Shown piece after piece: positions 52,225 through 64,000 of a stretch of DNA of 64,000 nt. The DNA is from Rotaria socialis (taxonomy: Eukaryota), in NCBI GenBank assembly GCA_905331295.1, contig CAJNYD010000012.1, positions 372,001 through 436,000 of the forward strand, in the 5' to 3' direction. Position 1 is the stretch's first letter. Each line of letters starts with the position of its first letter. The position numbers and the translations under genes were made by a program. The notes under the pieces are model-generated. The model did not search any database and was not told where the DNA came from. It was given only the letters and a program-made list of their open reading frames with translations.

Positions 52225-53704
52225 TTAAACTTTAAAATTTCGTAATGACTGAACTAAATCACGTATAGCATCAAATACAGAATAACGTTGAGTTGACTGA
52301 TGATTGATCCATTCTTGATGTCGTTGATCTAATGTTTGTTTATGAATCTGTGCTAATTCTTCTTCACTTGGTGGTAGTTCGATCTTCAACGGATTCAATG
52401 CAACAATTTTTGCAATTTCTCGATCAGCATTATAGTGTACCTGCTGTCGCCAAAGCATCGGCACAATTAGATTGATTTTATCGATAATAAGATTAACTTC
52501 AATAATATCATTACGAAATTTCGCTATTGCTTGTGCCCATTTAATATTACTTGTTAAGTAGCTTTTCTTTTCATCAGGCGATTGTAAATTTTCAGAAGCA
52601 ATTGCTTTGAAAATACGTTTCAAATCTATACGTGCTTGTTCAATGAATTCTCGAACTTGTTTTTCAAGTTGAATCCATTCAGGTATATAACCTAAAATAT
52701 TGAAAAGAAAAATGAATAAAATTTCTAATTTAGTACTAGTTCATTTTACCATTGTCGATAAGAATTTCATTCATTTTATATGTAGTAAAATCCATATAGT
52801 GTGGATTGCGTTCGTGTAATGCTTTTCCACTTGATTTTATATTATTAAAATCACCGCGTGACATTGATTCTTGAATAAGATCTTCAACAAGACGATCAAT
52901 AAAATTTCTATATAATTATAAAATATTTCTTTATTTCACTGATGAAAATAATAATTTACGTAGATCGAACATCTTTTCTTTTCTTTCTTTCAATTAGTTC
53001 ATCTCTTGTTTCAATTGATTCTCGATCTCGACGATATTCGTACACATTTTCGTATGCTTTTTCAGCCCGCATTTTGTAATACGCAGTTTGTCTGTGACTT
53101 GGCGTTCCCATGCTAAAGAAGACCATTAAAGATTAAATACGAAAAACAAATTCTTAATAAAAACCCACAGGCAACTAACCCGAAACCACCATATTCTAAA
53201 TGTGTTCGATGCTGAGGAGCTGTATGACGAATATCAAATTTGACATAATCCTCGTCTGCTGAAGATGGATCAAGAGAATTATTTGATTTTAGTGTTTCCT
53301 TTTAAGAGAAAAATAAAATTTTGCTTTCTCTTTTAAAAAATAAAAACAAATTTATATTTACTATCAGTGCTTTGTAAGCTTGTTGTACTTGATTAAATTT
53401 TGTATGATCACCTCGATTATCTTGAAATGATGAATCTGGATGATATTGTTTGACTTTTTCTAAGTATGCTTTACGAATTACTGTTTCATCACAACAAGAA
53501 GGATCAACTTCTAATACTCTTTAAAGTAAATTGAATTTCACTAAAATGATGTAAATTATAACATATTTACGAGTAGCATTGCCGAATAAATCGATCCACT
53601 GGTACTTGAGATACATTTGTAATATATCGTTTCGTAATTCCATTCAGAAAAAGGCGAAGTTTTTTTTTGTTGGTCGGAAAACGCCAGACTATATTTATTA
53701 TCAT
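52225..53704 (-). CDS. DNAJC28: DnaJ homolog subfamily C member 28 (J domain + DUF1992), multi-exon
   Basis: IRKAYLEKVKQYHPD (J domain); FDIRHTAPQHR, GTPSHRQ, IDRLVEDLIQESMSRGDFNN, MNEILIDNGYIPEWIQLEK. Confidence 0.92.
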
Positions 53705-54186
53705 AGCTGAAAGAAAGAAATTTCTTTTCAAACATAAAAATTCCGTTTTCATTCTAAAGTCTGATTTTTCGAATGAATGATTCTTGTTTTCTAATAATTT
53801 AGTAGAAACATATTTGAGTGTACATCGTATTCATTAGCTAAGACCCTCTTTAAATGTTTTTGTGTAATCAGCGAACGTTTTCAGGCGTGACTCGTCACTC
53901 GAGATTATGTTTTATTCATTAGTAGGTGATGATGACTATAGTCTTGAAATATCAAATATTAAACAAAATTAGTTTTCTTATTTTATTCTCTGTAAAATAT
54001 TTGTTTTTAAATGTTGACGATGCAAAAAATGGGCATATCTGTTCAATTTGATAGTTATATTGATTGTACGAATATGTTGACACAAATAAAAATAGGGGGA
54101 ATTTAAACTAACTGGAGAGGAACACTACAACAAGATAAGACGTTACATATTTAGACCAGTCATATACATATATATATATATATATA

Positions 54187-54500
54187 TTGTGTACTCAAAA
54201 AGTGAGTACACTAGATTCGGTCAGGGTGTCCGTCCGATCGTCAACACGATAACTCTAGAAAGCCTCATCCAATTGTCTTGAAATTTTGTACACAGAATGA
54301 TCTCATCAATATCTCAGTCGAGTTCAAAGATGAGAAGGATCCGTCAAGAAATGGCTGAGCTATCGAAAANTGCGGGGGGGAGGATACAGGGATTTGTTCA
54401 AAAAAAAAAACTTTTTTCTCAGAATTATTCAAAACATATATAAATCGACTCAGTTTTTGCAGTACACATAACAATCGGATGCGAATCCGATGTTTCTTCA
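54187..54500. mobile_element. Probable Helentron/DINE-like non-autonomous element in a (TA)n tract; contains an N at 54370
   Basis: 5' hairpin gtgtactc-aaaaagt-gagtacac, gtccgtcc microsatellite seed, acacgataact...gaaattttg...atctcagtcgagttc core; flanked by TA repeats. Confidence 0.55.
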
Positions 54501-55466
54501 TTTATATATATATATATAAATCAGAACATTTCCTCGTAATGCTTAAGGAGATTTAGCTAGATTTTAAATTTAAACATTGTAGGCGTACTGATAAAAATTT
54601 GAAATATACCAAGTTTTTATTAATGTACAAATTTTTTATTACAGTGATGATGGAGTTGATGCTATATCATTTTAAAGATTCATATAAATAATGTTAACAA
54701 AAGTGAGTAAAAATTGAAAATAAAGTTGAACATCTGTTTTTGGATTAGAGAAAAGTTTGATTCATAGTTTCTGTTTGAATTATTCTTCTAAGGTTGATTT
54801 CATCGGAATGCACCAACACAGAATTTATCTAAAAATTAGAAAAAAAGAGCATCAATTGTGAAAATTATTTTTCATGTCCAATGTATCGAAAAAAATTATT
54901 TAACATCTGCATAAAGTATTGATTTTTTTTATTTAAAGCATTATATTAAATATTTTATTTATCTTAAAAACAGCGGTTTAAACTAGCATTCCCTACATCT
55001 AATTTTATACGAAGGAATATCAATTATCAGTCTCTGATACTTGTTCACTGTAATTGTCTTTCTATATATTACAGCTGACAGAAAAATTATAATAGGGTCT
55101 TTACAAATAAATTTCACAAAATTTGAAAAGATACAATTCATCTTAATCATGAACGTAAAATATCATAAATAAATAAAAGTCAACTTATGCAGAAAAGTCT
55201 TTTTTTTAAATCGGTTATAAACAATGAAATTTAAACACTAGGGAAGGTTGTCACAAAAGATACACGTAAAATATATTGAAATCTTGAAAAGATCTATACG
55301 AAAACTGATATTGATAGATATAAAAGGAAAGTGTATTCTTATTCCTTAACCGAGAAAATAAAAGAATTCGCAAGATAAATAAATCAGCATACATAAAAAC
55401 TTGATTTGCCAAACACAATGTTATTAACTGAATTGTTTGTTCTTATTTTACTACTTTACTTTGTTC

Positions 55467-55900
55467 TTAATCATCATCATCATCGTCATCGTCACTGTAT
55501 ACAAATAAATCCATTTTTTCAAGACCCAATGCTCCATATTTGCTCACAAGCGAACCAAGATAAAGAAATGGGATTGCAATACATAAAACTTTGATTATAC
55601 CAAGAGGATATCTTTTTGGCATCTTTATGCAAAAGGTAAAGAGCAAAAAAATGTAAATGAACATTTTTTGTTTTGTTTCTGTTAACTTACTGGTCGAATT
55701 GCGCCCGACTCCGTATAAACTCCTTTTGACATGTACGGTTCAAGTCGTATGTCATCCTGTTGACTTTTTTTTCGACGATCTTCAATAAAACGAATAAAAA
55801 ATGATCGAGCAGGTTTTTTTGTAGTTGTTTGTTGTGTTACAGAAACACATCGACGAATAATTGGAAAAACTATATTATCACATAGTTTTTTACTAGCCAT
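55467..55900 (-). CDS. SMDT1: Essential MCU regulator EMRE; exons 55900-55691, 55622-55467
   Basis: VYTESGAIRP|MPKRYPLGIIKVLCIAIPFLYLGSLVSKYGALGLEKMDLFVYSDDDDDDDD gives the EMRE TM segment and acidic tail. Confidence 0.93.
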
Positions 55901-56327
55901 ACAGGATAATTTTATATGCACAACACACAAACAGATTAATATTAATATTAATATTTAATACTGTTCTAGTAAGCTCTTGGTAATGTTATTATTATTATGA
56001 TCGGTCCGGTAATAGGGATTACGTACGTGTATCTATTGGCTATTATCTTTGATCAAGTTAATAAGCAATTCCAAAGAGGTCGCTTTTTACGCATCATAAG
56101 AACTATTTTCTAAATGTTTTTCTCTTTACTTTGTGTTTTAGATTGAAAATTGTTTAATTGTATATGATCTTATAATATATAATAAAAGTAAAATTTTAGA
56201 GTTCTTTCTTGATTTCCATATACGTGTGTCATCATCTTCTCTATTCTGTTATGTAGTGAATTCGAAAAGAGAAAAATCATTTTTCTACTATTATCGATCG
56301 TCAGTTTTGAATCAGCTCGTGTTCAGA

Positions 56328-57713
56328 TGATACAAGAAAAACAAATGATGAATTCACCACCAGTTGACCTTCCAACACTTCGAAATCATTATAATTATTA
56401 TACAATCAAAAACAAACATATTCCTATTCTCTATCGGTTTGTTTTGCTTGCATTACATCTCTCAAATATATATTTATCCTCATAAATAGAGTCAAATCGA
56501 ATATTTATTATCCGTACATTGCTTTTGAACTGGTTGTTGATGAACTAGATGCTCATTGTTCAACATGGAGTTCATCAAAAAACTTACCTTTATCACCAAT
56601 GACAATAAATGAGAGAATTTTATACAAAAATTTATATCCAGAAAAAGATTTTACATCATCATCAAAACTAATTTTATGTTCAATAATCGATCAATTTCTT
56701 CAATTAGTTAATTTTTTAAAAAGAATTAAAACTTCTTCGACAGAACATGACGAAAGAAAAGTCTTTGCTCATTTTAAAATAGATATTAATTATGGAACCA
56801 TACAAGAAATCGATATACTTAATTCTGAAGCAACAACAAAGTATGAAGACAATTAAATATTTTCATCAACAATATCTTGATGGAAACTTTAGATATAATT
56901 CTATGCGTTCAGCACTTCTTCCTTCACTTCAAACAGTCAAGCGAAAACTTTGTTTTGATGATGAAAAGGTAGCGAAAATATTTTGTTTGCTTCTTTTTTT
57001 TTAATAAGACTTTACGTATTAGAATAAATCTTTTTCTTAAGTTTGATTTGTCATCAATCGGTGGCTATCTTCAGTTAGATCGTTGTATATATCCATATAT
57101 AATCTCGCCCTCTGGTATTCTTCTTAATTTGAATGATCTTCGTAAACCATTTAGTTCAACAATAAATATTCTAATGCCATATTTTAATGCTCAACCAGTA
57201 AATTTAATAAATAATTATATGAAAATAGTTGAATATGGTACACGTTATATAAAAAAATATAAATATTATTATAAAAATGTTGATGATAAATTTATTTCTC
57301 TTTATCATTTACTTCTATGTCATCGTTCACTATTCTTTGTACAATTATTTAATTCAAGCAAGATTTCATTAAGAAATTTACATGAATATTATCGGTCAGA
57401 TTTTGCAAATCTATTAACAGAAAATATTGTCAATAGTGGATATTTATATGATCAACCTTGTATTAATGGATGGCGCTTAGTTGATTCAATGATGTTAGAC
57501 AATGAAGAAAAAACACGTTTAGCTACAGATGATGAAATTATTCTAATTAATTGGCTTTTAATTTATGATAATAAATGCCTTAATGTACATAATCAAATAT
57601 ATGATTCTATTCTTGTTAAACAACAATTATCTCTTGCTGCGAAAAACATGAAGTTTCTTCAATATGAACATATTAAAAAACGAGAAATATTAAATAATCA
57701 GATTCCTATGTAG
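56328..57713 (+). CDS. Uncharacterised protein (~400 aa); exons ~56328-56436, 56490-56840, 56893-56968, 57042-57713
   Basis: ORFs join in frame via 50-75 bp GT-AG introns; no recognised domain. Confidence 0.7.
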
Positions 57714-57920
57714 TTAGATTTTCTTCTTAGCTTTTTTTGGTCTTTTTTTACGTCTGTTTTTTTTTCTTTTAATTTCAATATGATTTGATATGAGATGTAC
57801 ATTTGAATGATTATTAAAAGAGCAAAATAAAAAGACTTGATAATTATGTCACAAAAAAGATAGTCGCACGCATGTTTGTAAACTTTACCGATTAAATCAA
57901 TTAGATTGTCGTATAATCAA

Positions 57921-58523
57921 CTAAATTCTTCGTCGTGCACCAAGTAACGCTGCACAATGTGGGCAATAATGTTCAATGTCCTAAATGAATAGAAAAACAA
58001 AAGTAAAAACAGAATTTTCTATTTTTTTTTCGTCTATTGAATATCAATAGACATACTTTGAGACTATCAATACAAAATGGAATAAGGCAACAACCTAGCC
58101 AACCACCCATCAAAAGAATTCCACTACAAATTAACCACGATAGTAAAGCTTCTTTCTTTTCTACACGTGTAACAATGATTTGATAGCAATTAGGACAACT
58201 ACATTGAATAGGTAAGTCACCGTACATCAACGGCCGTGTTGTTATAAGCATATTGGTACCAGCAGGTGAAGAATATGATGGTAAAGCCATCATAGATGTT
58301 GGACACATACCCACAGGTGCTGCTTGTGGTGGAAAAGCTGTAGAGGATATTGTGTACGCACCAAATGCTGGCGGCATAGTTGCAGTATGTGGTGAGTGTG
58401 TTGCTTGTTCTACAAAATTAAGAAAATCATTTTTCATATAGAACTATGTTTTCAACGACTAACTGTATTACCATAAGTGGGTGGAGGACTTGATTTTTCT
58501 TCCGTTGGATAAACACTAGTCAT
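57921..58523 (-). CDS. LITAF: LITAF/zf-LITAF-like protein, paralogue 1; exons 58523-58472, 58409-58057, 57979-57921
   Basis: PPPTY motif; PIQCSCPNCYQIIVTRVE, hydrophobic GCCLIPFCID, DIEHYCPHCAALLG. Confidence 0.92.
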
Positions 58524-58973
58524 CGTTGGTTTTTGTGAGTATTACTTTACAAGAAAGATTTTCTGGACTACAACTTTTTTTTGAGTTAGTTGATATTTTC
58601 TCCGGTTCTGCCTACTTTCTCTTGCTAACACGACACTCATCTTTCTCAGGCGGCAGGAAAAAAAGTTTATTATCTTCAGTGTTTAATCTTACTTTTTTCT
58701 TTTTCTGTCTATTTAATTACAGGAATGAAAAAATTGAACGAAGAAAAACATGACATCATCGACGTGAAGGCAGAAAAAAAGAAGTCTGCGCTTACGTAAG
58801 TTCTTCTTGTTTTGCTTATTAGAATAAGAGATATATGCAGACAGGTTAGTTCTTGCCTCTAGAAATTCGATATATATATATATATGAATGCAACCTTTAT
58901 TAGTTGAGATTAAAATATTTGGAATCAATGTAAAGATTAAGATTTCATTCTGGTTCAACATTATCAAAACGTC

Positions 58974-60127
58974 TCATAGTTTTTTGCTAATACCAAGCAT
59001 TGGATTACAGCTCGGACAATAATGTTCTGTATCCTATATGATTTATATAATAGAAAAATATTTCAAGAAGAAATAAGGTTTACTTTGCAAGCATCAATAC
59101 ACAACGGTATGCAACAACAAACCCAAAAGCCAAAAATGAAGAGAGCCCCAATACTAATCCAGACAAGAAGACCATTCTTTTTTTCTGTTCGTGTAACAAT
59201 TTGTCTTCTACATTGAAAACACGTACATTGCATTGGATACTGACCTACAATAGTAATTGGAGCTACGATAGATACCGGTTGAGTCATCGACATAGGTAGT
59301 GCGCTTGTTGGTAATGATCTAGTGTTTTCAGAGGCTATTAAATAGAATATAATTATTAAGTGATAAATAGTGTCCTGTATTGGAGTCGGACTTGGAATCG
59401 GAATCGTCAAAAAAATATTTTCCGAAATCGGAGTCGGAGTAAAAAATGGAACAGGACTCCGAAATTCGATTTCTACTCTGACGAATCTGAAGTAGTAGAA
59501 AATAAAATAAATTTTTTATGAGTTCACGTTTGTGCTATATTACTACAAAAATCACATCATCTGACTTTCACTTAGATACAAGTTTATTCATGAGTATATT
59601 GTATAATGAACAAAAATATGCTAATTATAATTTTATAAATAAATCCTAAGCAAAAATAATATGAAAATACTTCCACCATTCACTTGATCTTGATGTTTTT
59701 TTCTTCTCAACAAATTTTATTGAAAGAATCATTATCTTTAATTAATTGTTCAAGTTCTTGTTTAGTTAAATGCTTTTTATTCATAATATTTTTTGCTTTC
59801 GAAAACAAACGTAAAGAAATAAATTCTATGACAATGTGCAGTGTTTCTTCCTTATTGATTCATTTACTTATATATCCTTTTAGAATATCAAACATTTGAT
59901 ATGAATTAGATGTCACTAAGCTGCAAAAAAAGTCGGGTTTTTCCGGAGGCGGAATCGGATTCCCGGAAAAATTTCCCGGCGGAGTCGGAGTTAGAATCGG
60001 AATCGAAAAAAAAATTTTCGTAATCGGGTCGGGTTCAAGAATCAAAAAGTGCGACTCCTCTGATCTCTAGTGATAAACAAGTAAAACAATTTAGTTTACC
60101 ATAAGGTGGTGGTGGTGCCACGTTCAT
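58974..60127 (-). CDS. LITAF: LITAF/zf-LITAF-like protein, paralogue 2; exons 60127-60100, 59334-59084, 59033-58974
   Basis: MNVAPPPPY; PMQCTCFQCRRQIVTRTE...CCCIPLCIDACKDTEHYCPSCNPMLG. Confidence 0.9.
59368..60069. mobile_element. hAT-type MITE in intron 1 of LITAF paralogue 2
   Basis: TAG...CTA termini, subterminal ggagtc/ggaatc hexamer arrays, perfect 8-bp TSD gtgataaa at 59360-59367 and 60070-60077. Confidence 0.88.
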
Positions 60128-62649
60128 TTTGTTTTCTAGTTTTTTATGTGATATCTAGCAGAATAAGAATGACAGCAAAATAAAAAATACTTTTATTTAT
60201 ATGAAAGCGACGAACGGCAATAATGCAAGTAGAACAATGTTGCGATAGCAACAGTACTAAAGAAAAAAGAATAAAACGAACAAAGAGATATTGTTTACCC
60301 TTGCTTTTGGCAATAAAGTTAACATTGTTAGAATAGGAAGTTAGGAATCGTGTGATTGCTTAAGTTACACAGCTTTTTTTATGTTTTACGTGTCTCTACG
60401 GTAACATATTAAGAAAATATAGTAATTGCAAACTGATGTAGAAAAATTACTTTAAATAATATGTCATAATTGTTAAAATTGAAACTGTTTCCGAATGCTA
60501 CTTTGTTTTCTAGAATGTATATTACTACGATCTTTCCTATATTTTGGTTCATATAAAATGAGGTTTCATTTGAGAAAAGATAAATTTAAAATGAAGGTAC
60601 ACTTTGCTATTTCTTTCTTTTATCAGACAGAAAGATTCTGTTGAATGCCATCATGTGATTTTTCTGTACAGATATTTAGGCAGAAGATTTAATTTCATGA
60701 TCTAGTTTTAACCTACGATGAAAAGACCTCTTTTACATTAATTTTATTTTTAGACAAAAACAAACAATTTGCTGTTCTATTGATTATAAATAGGTTTGAC
60801 AATAACTTTATCTTATAGATAAAATAGAATATTGCAGTATTGCAATGAGAACTCTTTTCTATTACAGATGTCTGCAGAATCAATAGTATTACTAATATAT
60901 AGAAAAACAAACAGTTGATGACGTTCGCTGGAATTTTGCTCGATATTTTCGATATGATATAGATAACTAACATCCTATAGAACAAGTATAAGTTCATTTC
61001 AATTTCTACTTATATAATCGATCATTGCCATCAATTGAAAAAATAGAAATAAGCATAGAAATTTGAAGATATATAAAATGATCCTTTTTTTATTTATTTT
61101 AATATCTAAAAGTTGTTCATGGAGATTATTTTATGGAATATAATGAGAGAATCATAAAATTGAAAGTTCGACAAGAAATGAATACATTCATATACTTATT
61201 CTACGTTTTAACTAGTAAAAGATTAATATTTAGTTGACATTCAATGCGAATCGATTACAAATTGTTGTTTCTTCATCTTATTTCATCACACATTTTCGAA
61301 TACTGAGAGTAAATAAAAACATTGTAATAACTAAAAAAATTTCCGTGTAAGTAAATAAGATATTTCATTACATATGAACGGTTTTTATGAATTATAAAGA
61401 GCATGATATGTACTTAAAGCACTACACAAAACACAAAAGATTTCCTCGCTTCTTTTACAAATACAACATGCTCATCTAATTAAGTTAGCAAAGATCTTTA
61501 CTAGAGGTTTTTATTTCAGATGCGCGTCTTCTCTTTGTTCACGTCTATCTCCATATTATTATACGTTAGAGTGATAGAGTTCTGATAATTAGAGAATGAA
61601 GTACCTTCATTTATGTTTCATTGTTTCAAAATTTATTTAATGATTTAAAGAAATGGTCAAATATTTTCGAAATATTTCGATTGACTCAGTCACAGTTTTC
61701 TTATAAATAAAGGCTATGTATCTGTTCAATCACTATGCTAAAACAAAGGTGAGTGAAAACAACATAAAAATTTTCACTAGTGTAAATGCGTTTTCTACAT
61801 ATCAGCTCCATATTAGAAAAATTCTTTTTTGTTGAATTTCTAATGTAACCGATTTACGCAAAGAAAATCCATGTAAGAGAAAATTGAAATAAAATTTCTG
61901 TTTTACTTCATGATAAAAATGTGAATAAGCTTTTAAAACAAGATTGCTTAAAAAAACACGAATTATTATCTATAGTTTGTGAAATTAATTTAACTCGTCA
62001 TTGACTTTGAATAGCTACAAAAGCTTGTAAAATACTGAGCATTTATCATGATATCATAAGTTTCAGATAATTTGAAGATTTTATAGTTCTCTTATTTATA
62101 TAGCATTTTATTCTAAATCATCAGGATGGAAAATTTATCTGTTTTTTTTCTCAAAATATGGCGTATATTACATATTGATCAGGAAAAGAATAGAAAATAA
62201 AATCTAGTTCTTGTATCATTGTTAACACAAATGACAAAATAATGTACTCCAAAAGATTTAAAGAACTTCAAGGTCTGTTGTGTCTCTTGACTGTCAATTA
62301 GTTTCTAATTGCTGCTGGTGCGTTTTGATCCACTCTGTGTTGAGCGCATGATGGATAGAATATAACACTCTTGATAGTAAAATTTTATGTGATGGCTGAT
62401 CTGTATGAGTACGATTCGAAAATATACATTGAATTGGTTATACATTGATGAAAGTTTCATGTCTTATTGGAATGACAACGACTACCGATGTGGGTGAGAA
62501 AACGTTTTTTAGTCTACGTCTATTTTACAATGACATTGTTGAAAGATCACTGNGAGAATAATAAGAAAAAAGTGATATCAATATGAAAAGAGAGATTAAA
62601 AAAGAATGAATTAATAATCCTCTGACGAGAGAATTGATAAATCTGATGT

Positions 62650-63227
62650 GGAAACATTGTTTTTTTCTTCTTTCCCTTTCTTCCTCGACAAACAGGTTCG
62701 CCAACAAGATGAGCAAAAGATTTGATTGTATCATCTAGTGATCTTTTTTTTGACTCTAATAATTGCAACAGATTTTGAATTTGTTTACTTTTACGAGCTG
62801 CTTTACGTGTCGATTTTTTTTTCTTGAATAGAAGAAAATCCTAATCCAGTTTGCACCATGCGATGAGATATCACACTTTCCTCCTGCTTTAGGCATTGGA
62901 TAAATCGCAAATATGTCTACGACATAGACGAATATAATCTACCGATGTGGGTGAGAAAACGTTTTTTAGTCTACGTCTATTTTACAATGACATTGTTGAA
63001 AGATCACTGTACTTTCGCCAATTGGCGAAATTCTACCGAATGTATTGGCGAAAGTATAGTGGACGTTCGCCAATTGGCGAAGTTCCAGAGACCATATTGG
63101 CGAAAGTATAGTGGACTTTCGCCAATTGGCGAAGCTCCACCGAATGTATTGGTGAAAGTACAGTGGACTTTCGCCATTGGCGAAAGTCCTATTGGCGAAA
63201 GTCTTATTGGCGAAATTCCGGAACCCC
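62650..63227 (-). mobile_element. Mutator-like element remnant: TIR with ttcgccaattggcgaa palindromic repeats plus a transposase C-terminal fragment
   Basis: Minus strand reads RFIQCLKQEESVISHR...KSTRKAARKSKQIQNLLQLL...LDDTIKSFAHLV, resembling a MULE C-terminus. The end gaaattccggaacccc resembles the 7265 and 24276 termini. Confidence 0.7.
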
Positions 63228-64000
63228 GTAATTTTCTGTATTTCAACAATATACAAAAATAATTCTCAAAATATATTTATCTAAGAGTGTTAGAATAATG
63301 CTAATACTACGAAAAAGAAGCATATCAGTAGTTACCATTAAATATTCACCATAGAAAATTCGATTTCAAGATGTCAAAGCTTCGATATTTCATGTATTTG
63401 AAAGTATTTTGTAAGACATCACCAGATCTTTACATTTTTCGATATATCCTTTGGTTTCTATGTCTTGCATAATTTATTGCTGAATTGAAACTACATGTAG
63501 ATGACAACAAACATATTCTATGATATATTAGTTTGAGTCTGATTGATAAGATACTATAGGAAATCTAAAAAACAACTTCTTAAGAAAACTAATTATTTTA
63601 ATTTAACAGTGAGCAGAAATAGAAGTATAATAAATGGTATATCGATTTAGGTTCAATATGTTAATACAGATTAAAATTTAAACAGTATTCACCCAACGTG
63701 AAACGTATCAGTTTTAATGCAGAAAATTCAGACAATTAAAAATTAGCTGTTCATATCGATGAAAGTTAAACTACACAAGTTTCGTATCTATCAACAACGA
63801 TTATTGAATCTTTTTCTTTTATCAAGACATTCAAATAATAAAATAATGAAGTAAAAAAATCATAGCTTGTATGTTGTACTATTAATAAGTATGACCATTA
63901 AGAAAAATATACTTCATTGAAATCTGTTTAAAAGTATCATTTTCTTATTGTTTCTAATAAAATAGATTTTATTATCTGTTCGGTTCACAATATGACCAAT

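Noticed and set aside
62483..63009. Exact 70-bp duplication (62483-62552 and 62940-63009)
   Set aside because: The first copy ends exactly at an N (62553). It is probably a scaffold-join artefact or a collapsed second TE end and cannot be interpreted without reads.
62945..63262. ORFs and CRISPR-like palindromic repeats (FANWR/SPIGE)
   Set aside because: Subterminal repeats of a Mutator-like TIR; the spacers are themselves repeated.

Overview
AT-rich eukaryotic (metazoan) DNA with many ~50-60 bp GT-AG introns. The style (tiny introns, long-tailed H2A variant, LURP-one gene, TGTGGG-like hexamers) suggests a bdelloid rotifer; this is inference only. I reconstructed about 18 spliced genes by hand: a divergent H2A, a His-rich secreted Cys peptide, a secreted three-repeat polyprotein, a Fer2-like bHLH, FAM78, ARID1/osa, a SUEL-lectin/CUB receptor, a Josephin DUB, a small UBA-like gene, a RING-less RAWUL (PCGF-like) protein, an hnRNP-A-like RRM protein, LURP-one-related, DNAJC28, EMRE, two LITAF paralogues and two unknown proteins. 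There are also Tc1 and Mutator transposase remnants and about 10 MITEs, several with readable TSDs and one nested. The top novelty candidate is the gene at 2647-3748(-), a signal-peptide precursor predicted to release three homologous C-amidated, non-cationic amphipathic 27-29-mer peptides, all with Pro19. Next are the RING-less RAWUL protein with eh1 and PLDLS corepressor motifs, and the H2A variant extended at both ends. Exon boundaries are manual predictions and no database searches were run.
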